Positions 1 through 7,988 of a DNA stretch of 50,298 nt are shown piece after piece. The notes below the pieces were generated by a model. The model had not been told where the DNA came from. It searched no databases and worked only from the letters and a program-made list of their open reading frames with translations. The stretch spans positions 1-50,298 of the forward strand of contig SBBB01000002.1 in assembly GCA_005239895.1 (NCBI GenBank), in the 5' to 3' direction. The stretch is from a bacterium (GTDB lineage Bacteria > Patescibacteriota > Patescibacteriia > SBBB01). Within the stretch, counting starts at the first letter, position 1. Each line of letters starts with the position of its first letter. The position numbers and the translations under genes were made by a program.

Positions 1-28
1 ATGTTTGGTGGTTCGACCGCCAAACATT
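1..28. repeat. Dispersed hairpin element ATGTTTGGTGG-TTCG-ACCGCCAAACATT (second copy at 43151-43178)
   Basis: Inverted repeat ATGTTTGG/CCAAACAT; identical 28-mer recurs at 43151-43178. Confidence 0.85.
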
Positions 29-105
29 GGTTTTTTAAAAAAATTATATAATCTAATATTAAATGCGCTAACTATTAGCTATAGCGTGAACTTAGCAAAT
101 CGTTT

Positions 106-250
106 GTCATTCTCGGGCTTGACCCGGGGATCCAGGTTTATATGAACAAGAGTTAATTATTAAATTACAATTATAGCTTACATATAATCATTAATTGGAA
201 CAGTAATTAAATTGTACACGCTCCTGGATTCCCGCCTTCGCGGGAATGAC
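106..250. repeat. Composite REP-like element: two inverted GTCATT(C/T)CCG...G(G)ATCCAGG palindromes around an AT-rich spacer
   Basis: GTCATTCTCGGGCTTGACCCGGGGATCCAGG (106-136) and CCTGGATTCCCGCCTTCGCGGGAATGAC (223-250); homologous to 4337-4445, 40577-40729, 43242-43387. Confidence 0.9.
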
Positions 251-310
251 AAGGGAAGATTTGTCAGCTTCAACTTTTTACGTTCAACTTTCGACTTTCA
301 ACTAAATTGT

Positions 311-2239
311 CTATTGCTGATTTATCACTGGTTTTAATAATTCGGTTTTATTAGATGAATCTACGGAAATATCTGCTGGCTTGACTTGGGCCGAACCAGC
401 TTGACCAACCAAACACACTGCTCTCCAGGGTTTATATTTACTCTTAAATAATTTACTAATTTTTTGACCATTTGGATACGTGACAGTATAAACAAATTCT
501 GCATCCGCCCCATCGTGAGCTTTTTCAACGCACTCTTTCTTGCCAACGGGCAAATCCGGTGTTTCAATAATTTTGGTAGGCAAAGGCTGAACAATATTGC
601 TAATTTTGGGTTTAGTTTGCGTAGCAACCCTAGAGTCTTTAGTCCCCCAAAACTCAATAATCAAGTCATTACCAATAATTTTAGTTTGAATTAAAATATT
701 ACCAGAGGTGTCATTTAAAAATTTGTAATCTGGATAAGGATCGTAAATAGTAGCATCCACTCCAGCTGGTTCGTAATAAACAACTCGATACGAATGATTT
801 CTTCTTTCAATAACTGGTAATCCAGCATTCAAAGTTGTTCTAAAAATAGTGGTTGCAATCTGACATAAACCTCCACCAAATTCTGGAACGGTTCGATCGG
901 TTTTAATAACTAACTCCGTTAAATAACCAGCCTTAGCGTCAATCTTACCCAAGGCCTTAACCAAAGAAAAAGATTCAGTTGGTTTAATTAATATACCATT
1001 TAAAGCTTTGGCGCCAATCTTAATATTATGTCGCCTATTTTTGGGGCTCCCCGCAAAACTCGTTTTACCAACACCTACTAATTCATTGATACCTAAATCG
1101 CGAATATAATCACTAGTTATTCTGGGTTGCACAACTGTAGTAGCCATTAAAATTAAATTACTTTTTTCAACTACCAAGCCCTTATTAATAATATCAAAAG
1201 TTTTATCAATATCTAATGCTATACCATTCTTTGATAAACCAAACGCTATCACCTTACCATCTACAACTTGCAACATACCATCTTGAGGATCAATTCTAAC
1301 ATCGTTACTAATGTCAGCTAAAAACTCGTCTTTGAATTTCTCACTTAATCCAAGTGACACTCCATTGTCTGTCTTCTTAAATTCTAAATACTCAATTACT
1401 AATTTAGCATCTAAACTATATTCTTTTACATCTTTACCATTATCTACTTTTAAAACCACAGGCAAACGCTTCATAATATCTTGACTGATTTGCATGGCTA
1501 AACCAGTATCTACACTCAATATCTGCGGTTGAATGTCAATATTATCAACATAAACCGTATTAATTTCTAATTTATCTAAATTATTTCTTAATTTATCTAA
1601 AGCTCCGTCAATATCAACTGTGTGCCCGGTTTGTTCGGGAATAACAGAGGTTACATAATTGTCTCCAACCGAAGAAATAACCAGCTTAGCATTTTCTGGT
1701 AACGTATCTTCTTTTTTAAACTGCGCAGCTAGTTGTCCCCGAACCTTAATATCGTCAAATTCATACACAGCCTTAGCTGTATGCCCGTAAACAAACAAGC
1801 GATAAATATTTATATTATTATTAATTAGGTCTTTAATGCTAAATATACCCTGACGACCTTCTGCATTTATATCAATACCAGAATAAACAGTGTCTATAGT
1901 TTTAAACAAATCTAACTCTACCGCAACCCCGGCAGTACTCTTGCGACTACCCTTAATAACAACTGGAAATTCAACGCTGCGACTGCCGTAAAGAAACTTT
2001 TGGGTTGTAAACGTGCCAGCCTCTAAGGCTAATCTATTACCAGCTTCAGCTTTAGTTAACCCCCCTAAAGATATATTTCCAATCTTAACACCTGGATAAA
2101 TTTTATAACGATAAAATAATCTATAAGCTAAAACCAAATCAATATCAATAAATATAATAATTAAAATGATTATAATTGCTCTAAACAACCATTTATACAA
2201 TATTTTACTAATTGACAAATCGGGTTGAAAAATAGCCAT
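311..2239 (-). CDS. VanW family protein with N-terminal membrane anchor, putative peptidoglycan-binding region and C-terminal G5-like segment
   Basis: VanW motifs GGGLCQIATTIFR and ERRNHSYRVVYY..AGVDATIY; N-terminal hydrophobic helix. Confidence 0.88.
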   Translation of the reverse strand: MAIFQPDLSISKILYKWLFRAIIIILIIIFIDIDLVLAYRLFYRYKIYPGVKIGNISLGGLTKAEAGNRLALEAGTFTTQKFLYGSRSVEFPVVIKGSRKSTAGVAVELDLFKTIDTVYSGIDINAEGRQGIFSIKDLINNNINIYRLFVYGHTAKAVYEFDDIKVRGQLAAQFKKEDTLPENAKLVISSVGDNYVTSVIPEQTGHTVDIDGALDKLRNNLDKLEINTVYVDNIDIQPQILSVDTGLAMQISQDIMKRLPVVLKVDNGKDVKEYSLDAKLVIEYLEFKKTDNGVSLGLSEKFKDEFLADISNDVRIDPQDGMLQVVDGKVIAFGLSKNGIALDIDKTFDIINKGLVVEKSNLILMATTVVQPRITSDYIRDLGINELVGVGKTSFAGSPKNRRHNIKIGAKALNGILIKPTESFSLVKALGKIDAKAGYLTELVIKTDRTVPEFGGGLCQIATTIFRTTLNAGLPVIERRNHSYRVVYYEPAGVDATIYDPYPDYKFLNDTSGNILIQTKIIGNDLIIEFWGTKDSRVATQTKPKISNIVQPLPTKIIETPDLPVGKKECVEKAHDGADAEFVYTVTYPNGQKISKLFKSKYKPWRAVCLVGQAGSAQVKPADISVDSSNKTELLKPVINQQ

Positions 2240-2245
2240 ATTATT

Positions 2246-2452
2246 TTAAGGAGATAAAATTTGTCTAAGAAGGTTTTGAACTAGTTGCTTTTTTTTAAAA
2301 GTAGATTCAGCGTCGGATATTAATTCAAGATTTACTACGTCCCCTTCTTTATAATTATCTGAAAAATCTTTTTTAGGACATATCAACTCTTGACCATCTT
2401 CACTTTTTAAAACAATTTTATTTTTTTCTATTCGATCAATTGTCATCTTCAT
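2246..2452 (-). CDS. DUF3006-like small protein
   Basis: TIDRIEKNKIVL...YKEGDVV pattern typical of DUF3006; lies between Hsp20 and VanW genes. Confidence 0.7.
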   Translation of the reverse strand: MKMTIDRIEKNKIVLKSEDGQELICPKKDFSDNYKEGDVVNLELISDAESTFKKKQLVQNLLRQILSP

Positions 2453-2876
2453 ATACCGAAATATTAAAATTACTAGACTGATTATTTTTGGGTAAAGTAA
2501 TTGTTAAAACACCTCGAGCAAGCACCGCAACCGCTTGTTCCAAATGTGTGCTGCAGGGCAAAATTATAGATCTAGAAACATTCCCCCAATAACATTCATT
2601 ATGTAAATATGCATCTTTAGCATTCTCATTATCAACTCTACGACCTTTAATAGTTAACATATCATTGCGTAATACAATATCTATATTTTCAGGCAACACT
2701 CCTGCCAACACGGTTTTAATAGTTATATTGTGGTCGGATTCATAAATATCTACAGCTAATTCTTCAACCTGCTTATTATCAATATCCAGCCAAGAACTCT
2801 GAGAATTATTTTGGCTGTTTTTCAATGAAACTGAATCAGAATTTTTTAAAGGAATAAAAATATTTTTATCTGCCAT
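2436..2876 (-). CDS. Hsp20/alpha-crystallin small heat shock protein
   Basis: VDIYESD...LAGV..ENIDI....DMLTIKG.R...ECYWG..SRSIILP...A.L..GVLTITLPK. Confidence 0.9.
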   Translation of the reverse strand: MADKNIFIPLKNSDSVSLKNSQNNSQSSWLDIDNKQVEELAVDIYESDHNITIKTVLAGVLPENIDIVLRNDMLTIKGRRVDNENAKDAYLHNECYWGNVSRSIILPCSTHLEQAVAVLARGVLTITLPKNNQSSNFNISVYEDDN

Positions 2877-2931
2877 ATAAATTATAAGTATAGAAAATTT
2901 TCGCTAATTATAAAGATGCATTATCCCAACT

Positions 2932-2973
2932 ACTAACTACTAATTACTAATTACTAATTACTAATTACTAATT
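2932..2973. repeat. Heptamer tandem array (ACTAATT)5 preceded by ACTAACT
   Basis: Read directly from sequence. Confidence 0.9.
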
Positions 2974-2990
2974 TTCGCACCAGCGAAAAT
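2971..2990. terminator. Hairpin downstream of tRNA-Lys (ATTTTCGC-ACCA-GCGAAAAT), possible terminator or processing stem
   Basis: Perfect 8-bp stem immediately 3' of the tRNA; no clear U-tract on the tRNA strand. Confidence 0.45.
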
Positions 2991-2993
2991 TTG

Positions 2994-3066
2994 TGGGTCC
3001 GGAGGGATTCGAACCCTCGACCTTGAGCTTAAAAGGCTCCTGCTCTACCGGCTGAGCTACAGACCC
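2994..3066 (-). tRNA. tRNA-Lys(UUU), CCA not encoded
   Basis: Reverse complement GGGTCTGTAGCTCAGCCGGTAGAGCAGGAGCCTTTTAAGCTCAAGGTCGAGGGTTCGAATCCCTCCGGACCCA folds as a cloverleaf with anticodon TTT. Confidence 0.96.
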
Positions 3067-3136
3067 TTATTTTTAAATATATTATTCACTAATATTTGTT
3101 TGCTAACCAACTTAATAATAATGTATTATACTATAT

Positions 3137-3529
3137 ATGTCGAGACATAGTCTGTCAAATAACAAATATCTTAAAATATTCTATACAACCTTAGGGTTAA
3201 TCATGATTATTGTCATGGCTATCTCGTTATATAAAAAAATAGAGATGAATTATAAAATTAACAAAGAAATGGAAACTTTAAAACAAGATATTTCTAATTT
3301 AGAAACTAATAAAAAAAGTTTGTCATCTTTAATTGAATACCTTAAAACTGAAGATTTTATTGAAAAAGAAGGGCGTTTAAAATTAGGTCTACAAAAAAAT
3401 GGTGAAACCATGACTGTAATTCAAAATTTAGATCAGCTCTTGGTGTCTACGTCTAGCATCGATAATACTAATAAAACTTCTAAAACCAATATTGATAAAT
3501 GGATAGATTATTTACTCTCTGAAAATTAA
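3137..3529 (+). CDS. FtsB/DivIC-like septum formation initiator
   Basis: TM helix, coiled coil, then EYLKTEDFIEKEGRLKLGLQKNGE motif typical of DivIC/FtsB. Confidence 0.8.
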   Translation: MSRHSLSNNKYLKIFYTTLGLIMIIVMAISLYKKIEMNYKINKEMETLKQDISNLETNKKSLSSLIEYLKTEDFIEKEGRLKLGLQKNGETMTVIQNLDQLLVSTSSIDNTNKTSKTNIDKWIDYLLSEN

Positions 3530-3544
3530 ATTGATAAACACTCA

Positions 3545-3618
3545 GCGGGATTCGTACATTGGTAGTACGTTTGCTTCCCAAGCAAAAAAGGCGAGTTCGA
3601 TTCTCGTATCCCGCTCCA
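3545..3618 (+). tRNA. tRNA-Gly(CCC), CCA encoded
   Basis: GCGGGAT...ATCCCGC acceptor stem, TTTGC-TTCCCAA-GCAAA anticodon arm, GTTCGATTC T-loop, U73 followed by CCA. Confidence 0.96.
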
Positions 3619-3662
3619 GAATTAGACTTTTAATTTTGTTGTGCGTTTAAAAATAAAATATT

Positions 3663-4301
3663 TTAATGTGAATGCTCTCCAGCGCCACCACAACCGTCGG
3701 AAAGATTCCATGCTTGTACAACTTGTTCTCCTGTAAATCCATGATTTTTAATAAGATATTTGCCCAATCCTCCATAAACATACCACCTCCAGCATTTACA
3801 ACAACAAGGACCCTTCTCGTGAGAATTTGCCACGGCATAGTCATAGGCTTTTTGCTCTTCTATTGTAAGCTCCAGGTCATAATAGGACATAAGCTCTTTG
3901 GCTAGCTCCACTTTAACATTATAAGGATCATCTGGAATTTTACTGATATTCTGGCTAGTCACAGATTTAAACTGTTTAAGTCCTTCTATTTGCTCTTTGT
4001 AACGATGAATATTCATGGGACTGCAACAAGATCCACGCAAGTGCTCATCGTTCGGCATGGACGGAATAGACATCCTAAACGCCGAAGAGCAAGCTGAATT
4101 ACCATTTTTAGAAAGATAATCAAACCGCGCAGCTAAAGCTTCGTTTGTAAAATGAAATGGTGTCTTAGATTTGGAATTAGAAAGATTAGATGTCTCCCTT
4201 AAAACAAAATAAAAATATACACCAGCTATAATCAGAATAATAATAATTATAATCTGTAATTTTTTGCTATCCTTATTCAAAAATTTTATTGTATCTTGCA
4301 T
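3663..4301 (-). CDS. Membrane-anchored Cys-rich hypothetical protein (8 Cys incl. GSCC and GPCCCKCW)
   Basis: 212-aa ORF with N-terminal TM helix and clustered Cys motifs. Confidence 0.8.
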   Translation of the reverse strand: MQDTIKFLNKDSKKLQIIIIIILIIAGVYFYFVLRETSNLSNSKSKTPFHFTNEALAARFDYLSKNGNSACSSAFRMSIPSMPNDEHLRGSCCSPMNIHRYKEQIEGLKQFKSVTSQNISKIPDDPYNVKVELAKELMSYYDLELTIEEQKAYDYAVANSHEKGPCCCKCWRWYVYGGLGKYLIKNHGFTGEQVVQAWNLSDGCGGAGEHSH

Positions 4302-4336
4302 AATTTTTTATTTATACCAAAACCTGAGTGCTAAAT

Positions 4337-4445
4337 GTCACTCCCGACCTGACTCGCCCCACTGAAGCTCCTGCGAAGCTGATCGAAAACCCAAGTTTAT
4401 TTTTTATTAAACACGCTCCTGGATTCCCGCCTGCGCGGGAATGAC
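4337..4445. repeat. Composite REP-like element; left unit carries an insertion in its loop
   Basis: GTCACTCCCGACCTG-[insert]-GATCG...CCCA and ACACGCTCCTGGATTCCCGCCTGCGCGGGAATGAC. Confidence 0.82.
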
Positions 4446-4455
4446 AGATGTTTTG

Positions 4456-4538
4456 TGGGCAGTGTAGGATTTGCACCTACGAAGCTATAAAGCAGCTGAT
4501 TTACAGTCAGCCCCGTTTGGCTACTTCGGTAACTGCCC
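4456..4538 (-). tRNA. tRNA-Tyr(GUA), long variable arm, atypical T-loop (TGCAAAT)
   Basis: Reverse complement GGGCAGT...GCTGA-CTGTAAA-TCAGC...GTAGG-TGCAAAT-CCTAC-ACTGCCC-A. Confidence 0.94.
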
Positions 4539-4580
4539 CTTAAATATATTATACACTTCAAAATCTTTTAATGAAGATAA

Positions 4581-5417
4581 TTACAATGAACGTAATTCTT
4601 TTTCATACTCAGAGATTTTTTCATTTTCAGGATTAACATTTTTCAACTTTCCTAAAACATCTGTAGCCAGTTCTTTATTCTGGGTCAGAATAGCAACGTC
4701 TAATAATAAAGCTAAATATCTAGGATGATTGGGTTGAACACGCAAGGCTTCTTGAAAAGCTGAAATTGACGCTGGATAATTTTCCATATCTTTATAAATT
4801 AAGGCTAAATCTAAATAATGCGCACCCAATATCAACTGAAAACTATTATTCTCAAAATCATCATTAACAAGATTCAATTTAGTTCTTAATTCGATAATGT
4901 ATAATATGGTATTGGCCGCATCCGCGTATTCTTTATAATCCCAATAAAGATGCGCTAACATTTCATACAATTCAGGATTCTTGGGATCTAACTCAATCGC
5001 TTGTAAATATTTTTGCTTAGCTTGATCAGGCTTGTTTTTTTTAATTGAATCTTTAGCAGATTCCACTAACTCTTTTACAGCTTGACCAGCTTTGGATTTT
5101 TGCATTTTTAAAGATCGATAATATAAAGACTGATAATAATGCTCTAGTTTAAAAATATATTCCTTAATATTACGCAAAACATTAGAACTATAATTAAACG
5201 CCGAATTTAACAAGGTGTTTAAAGTAATATATCTAGACTTTAATATATTTTTTAAACGCGATATAATAATTTTCTTTTTTAATCGATCTTCCAAAGATGT
5301 CTCCATCGAGTCCGTGTTAATAGCTGCTAGTTCCGACATATGTCTTAAGATAATGGCAATCACAATAACCATACTGATAATTATCAGTAAAGACGGTATG
5401 ATATTATAATAATCCAT
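4581..5417 (-). CDS. Membrane-anchored tetratricopeptide repeat protein
   Basis: N-terminal TM; TPR patterns YLQAIELDPKNPELY and FQEALRVQPNHPRYL. Confidence 0.85.
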   Translation of the reverse strand: MDYYNIIPSLLIIISMVIVIAIILRHMSELAAINTDSMETSLEDRLKKKIIISRLKNILKSRYITLNTLLNSAFNYSSNVLRNIKEYIFKLEHYYQSLYYRSLKMQKSKAGQAVKELVESAKDSIKKNKPDQAKQKYLQAIELDPKNPELYEMLAHLYWDYKEYADAANTILYIIELRTKLNLVNDDFENNSFQLILGAHYLDLALIYKDMENYPASISAFQEALRVQPNHPRYLALLLDVAILTQNKELATDVLGKLKNVNPENEKISEYEKELRSL

Positions 5418-5427
5418 ACAAACAAAA

Positions 5428-5709
5428 TTAACTTGTAAATTTTACCTTAAATAACCCATCTTGTTTTTGCGGAGCAGCATCTAAAAAAGCTTCACGACTT
5501 TCAGATTGACATAAAATATCATCCCTTTCAATATTGGTTAAACCTGTCACTTGAAATGTAGGCGTAACCTGGGAAGTATCTACTTCATTTAATTTATTAA
5601 TGTAATCTAAAATTTTAGAAAATTGTACAGTATAGACCTCTATATCTTGATCTTTTAAAGATAATCGCGATAATTTGGATATGTGCTCAACCACTTCTTT
5701 GTTAAACAT
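5428..5709 (-). CDS. gatC: Asp/Glu-tRNA amidotransferase subunit C
   Basis: VEHISKLSRL...ILDYINKLNEVDT..V.PT...R.D...FLDAAP....GLFKV. Confidence 0.92.
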   Translation of the reverse strand: MFNKEVVEHISKLSRLSLKDQDIEVYTVQFSKILDYINKLNEVDTSQVTPTFQVTGLTNIERDDILCQSESREAFLDAAPQKQDGLFKVKFTS

Positions 5710-5721
5710 AATAATACTATA

Positions 5722-7221
5722 CTACCTTGATATTTCTATTTTGTCAATTATCTTTTTACGCGCTAAATCTGGACCAATCCTGCCCTGACTTAAATGCATA
5801 ACCTTGCCTACTAAAAAATTAATAGCATTTACTTTCCCGTTTTTATAATCTAAAATCGTTTGATGGTTTGCGACTATTATTTCGTCTATATATTTATCAA
5901 TAATACTAGCATCATCTATAGCTGTTAAGTTTTCTTCTTCTAAAATAGAAGATGGATCACGACCAGAATTAAACATAATTTCTAATAGTTTTTTAGCTGA
6001 ACTGGTGTCAACTTTCGATTGATGAATCAATAAAATAAATTCCGCAAAATTTTCAGGTGTAATTTTTATGTCCCTTAAAAAAACTTGGTTCAAATTTAAT
6101 AATCTAAATAATTCACCAGTCAACCAATTGGCACAAGTTTTTATTAATTTGCCTTTTACATGATCCCAATTCTCATTATCTGCTCCCGGATGCGTAGAAT
6201 TAACCCAAGCCTGTAGTTCTGAAATTACTTGTTCTACATAATTAGATAAATCATTGTCATTGGTTAATAAATAGGCTGTATCATAAGACAATTCATACTC
6301 CATTAAAAATCTATATCTCTTGGCTAGGGGTAATTCGGTTATATACCTTCTAAGCTCCTGGCTTCTAGTTTGTAAATCCTTTAAAGGAGGTAAATCTGGC
6401 TCCGGAAAATAACGATAATCATGAGACTCTTCTTTAGATCTTTGGGAGTAAGTTACTAAACGCTCATCATCCCAACCGCGAGTTTCTAAATTAATAACTT
6501 CATTATTGTCTAAAGCGCGAGACTGTCTATTAATTTCATAATCAACTGCTTTTTCTACAACCTTAAAAGAATTTAAATTTTTAACTTCAACCTTAGTTCC
6601 TAATTTATCAGTTTTAGATACGGACACATTTACTTCACAACGCATTTGCCCTTTTTCCATGTCAGCATTGCTAATATCTAAATACCTAACTATTAATTGT
6701 AATTCTTGACAAAATGTTTTTACATCTATTGCAGAATGAAAATCTGGATAGGTAACTAATTCTATCAAGGGCGTACCCGCGCGATTAAAATCAACCAAAG
6801 CATTATCATTTCCCTCTTCGTGCAATAACTTGCCAGCATCTTCTTCTAAGTGCAATCTTTGAATACGAATACGTTTAGTAGTCTTGTCCTTATTCAACAA
6901 ATCTAAATGTCCATTTATAGCTATAGGTTGATCAAATTGAGATATTTGATAACCTTTTGGCAAATCGGGATAAAAATAATTTTTACGATCAAATTTTGAA
7001 AAATTTGGAATCTCGCAATTTAAAGCTAGTCCTAATTTTAAAATCAAATCTACGGCGCTATGATTCAATACTGGCAATGTTCCAGGATGCCCTAAACAAA
7101 CGGGGCAAACATTTACATTGGGAGTTTTATCCGCACCGCTAGCATTTTTACAGCTACAAAATAATTTGGTTTGAGTTTTTAGCTGGACATGAATTTCAAG
7201 TCCAATAGTTGGTAAGTACAT
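5722..7221 (-). CDS. gatB: Asp/Glu-tRNA amidotransferase subunit B
   Basis: IGLEIHVQL, RKNYFYPDLPKGYQISQ, HLEEDAGK, DFNRAGTPLIE, YRYFPEPDLPP. Confidence 0.98.
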   Translation of the reverse strand: MYLPTIGLEIHVQLKTQTKLFCSCKNASGADKTPNVNVCPVCLGHPGTLPVLNHSAVDLILKLGLALNCEIPNFSKFDRKNYFYPDLPKGYQISQFDQPIAINGHLDLLNKDKTTKRIRIQRLHLEEDAGKLLHEEGNDNALVDFNRAGTPLIELVTYPDFHSAIDVKTFCQELQLIVRYLDISNADMEKGQMRCEVNVSVSKTDKLGTKVEVKNLNSFKVVEKAVDYEINRQSRALDNNEVINLETRGWDDERLVTYSQRSKEESHDYRYFPEPDLPPLKDLQTRSQELRRYITELPLAKRYRFLMEYELSYDTAYLLTNDNDLSNYVEQVISELQAWVNSTHPGADNENWDHVKGKLIKTCANWLTGELFRLLNLNQVFLRDIKITPENFAEFILLIHQSKVDTSSAKKLLEIMFNSGRDPSSILEEENLTAIDDASIIDKYIDEIIVANHQTILDYKNGKVNAINFLVGKVMHLSQGRIGPDLARKKIIDKIEISR

Positions 7222-7236
7222 AAATTTTATTAAAAA

Positions 7237-7280
7237 TTAGAAGTAAATATTAAGCTTAAATTAATATTGATTACTTCTAA
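7237..7280. promoter_or_regulatory. Nested inverted repeat upstream of gatB
   Basis: TTAGAAGTAA/TTACTTCTAA (10 bp) enclosing ATATTAA/TTAATAT (7 bp). Confidence 0.4.
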
Positions 7281-7322
7281 CTAATTTACCAAATCCCAGC
7301 CTTTTAAGCAATATTTACGGAA

Positions 7323-7352
7323 CGGCACACTCTCCCAATAAAGAATGTGCCG
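7323..7352. terminator. GC-rich hairpin after the orphan gene (CGGCACA/TGTGCCG)
   Basis: 7-bp GC-rich stem 35 nt downstream of the stop at 7388; weak U-tract. Confidence 0.45.
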
Positions 7353-7387
7353 CTTAATATTTGTTTTACAAAAAATACCTTACTTTT

Positions 7388-7771
7388 TTAAGAATCAGAG
7401 GAACGAGTAAGCTCTTCAAGCGCTTCGTTCTCAAACCACTCTCCAAGCCAAGCATCAAAACTTGTTGGATCAAAGACTCTATCCGTTTTAACAACATCGT
7501 ATGGATGTATACCATATTCGAACGACTCTCGCGTCCAAACACCAAATTGCAATTCTGGTTCAGTTAAAATAATAGAAAAACAAAACCAGTTATTAGATAC
7601 ACCATGCCTAACCCCACTTACATCAAAAGAAAAATAATACATATTCCACCCTTTTTCTAGATTATTTTTCAAATTGACCTCTATAAATAAATCCAATGGT
7701 CTAGCGTGCTTCTCGATGATTTCTAAACAAAGTTCTTTCGGTGACTTTGTAGTCTGTACTGGACTTGCCAT
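7388..7771 (-). CDS. Hypothetical protein (127 aa, start revised to MASPVQ)
   Basis: AGGAGG Shine-Dalgarno just before the ATG at 7771; no family recognised. Confidence 0.72.
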   Translation of the reverse strand: MASPVQTTKSPKELCLEIIEKHARPLDLFIEVNLKNNLEKGWNMYYFSFDVSGVRHGVSNNWFCFSIILTEPELQFGVWTRESFEYGIHPYDVVKTDRVFDPTSFDAWLGEWFENEALEELTRSSDS

Positions 7772-7824
7772 TATACCCTCCTTGTTTGAATTTAACCCCT
7801 GATTAACCAAAACTATCATTTTTT

Positions 7825-7852
7825 ATGATACCACTTTTTGTCGTTTTGTCAA
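7825..7852 (-). promoter_or_regulatory. sigma70-type promoter TTGACA-N16-TATCAT for the orphan gene
   Basis: Perfect -35, TG-extended -10, correct orientation. Confidence 0.6.
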
Positions 7853-7922
7853 AACTAGACTTTTTAAAATTCTACTTTGAATTTTTGAGTTAATATGTTA
7901 TGCTACACTAAATATTACTCAA

Positions 7923-7985
7923 TAGCTTGTAGCTTGTAGCTTGTAGCTTGTAGCTTGTAGCTTGTAGCTTTTAACTTTTAACTTT
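7923..7985. repeat. Heptamer array (TAGCTTG)6-TAGCTTT-(TAACTTT)2 immediately upstream of the ATPase start
   Basis: Read directly from sequence. Confidence 0.92.
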
Positions 7986-7988
7986 TTT

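Noticed and set aside
2436-2438. Stop-codon reassignment (code 25, as in Gracilibacteria)
   Set aside because: Conserved genes are full length under code 11, and TGA ends the Hsp20 gene at a plausible position
4326-4334. GAGTGCTAA as a CIRCE element
   Set aside because: Only the right half-site; no TTAGCACTC 9 nt upstream, and not near a chaperone gene
3545-4538. Integrative element at tRNA-Gly or tRNA-Tyr
   Set aside because: No duplicated tRNA 3' end (att) and no integrase in the interval
4471-4728. 85-aa ORF
   Set aside because: Antisense to tRNA-Tyr and the TPR gene
7923-7985. Tandem arrays as a CRISPR locus
   Set aside because: Units are 7-8 nt with no unique spacers, and no cas genes are present
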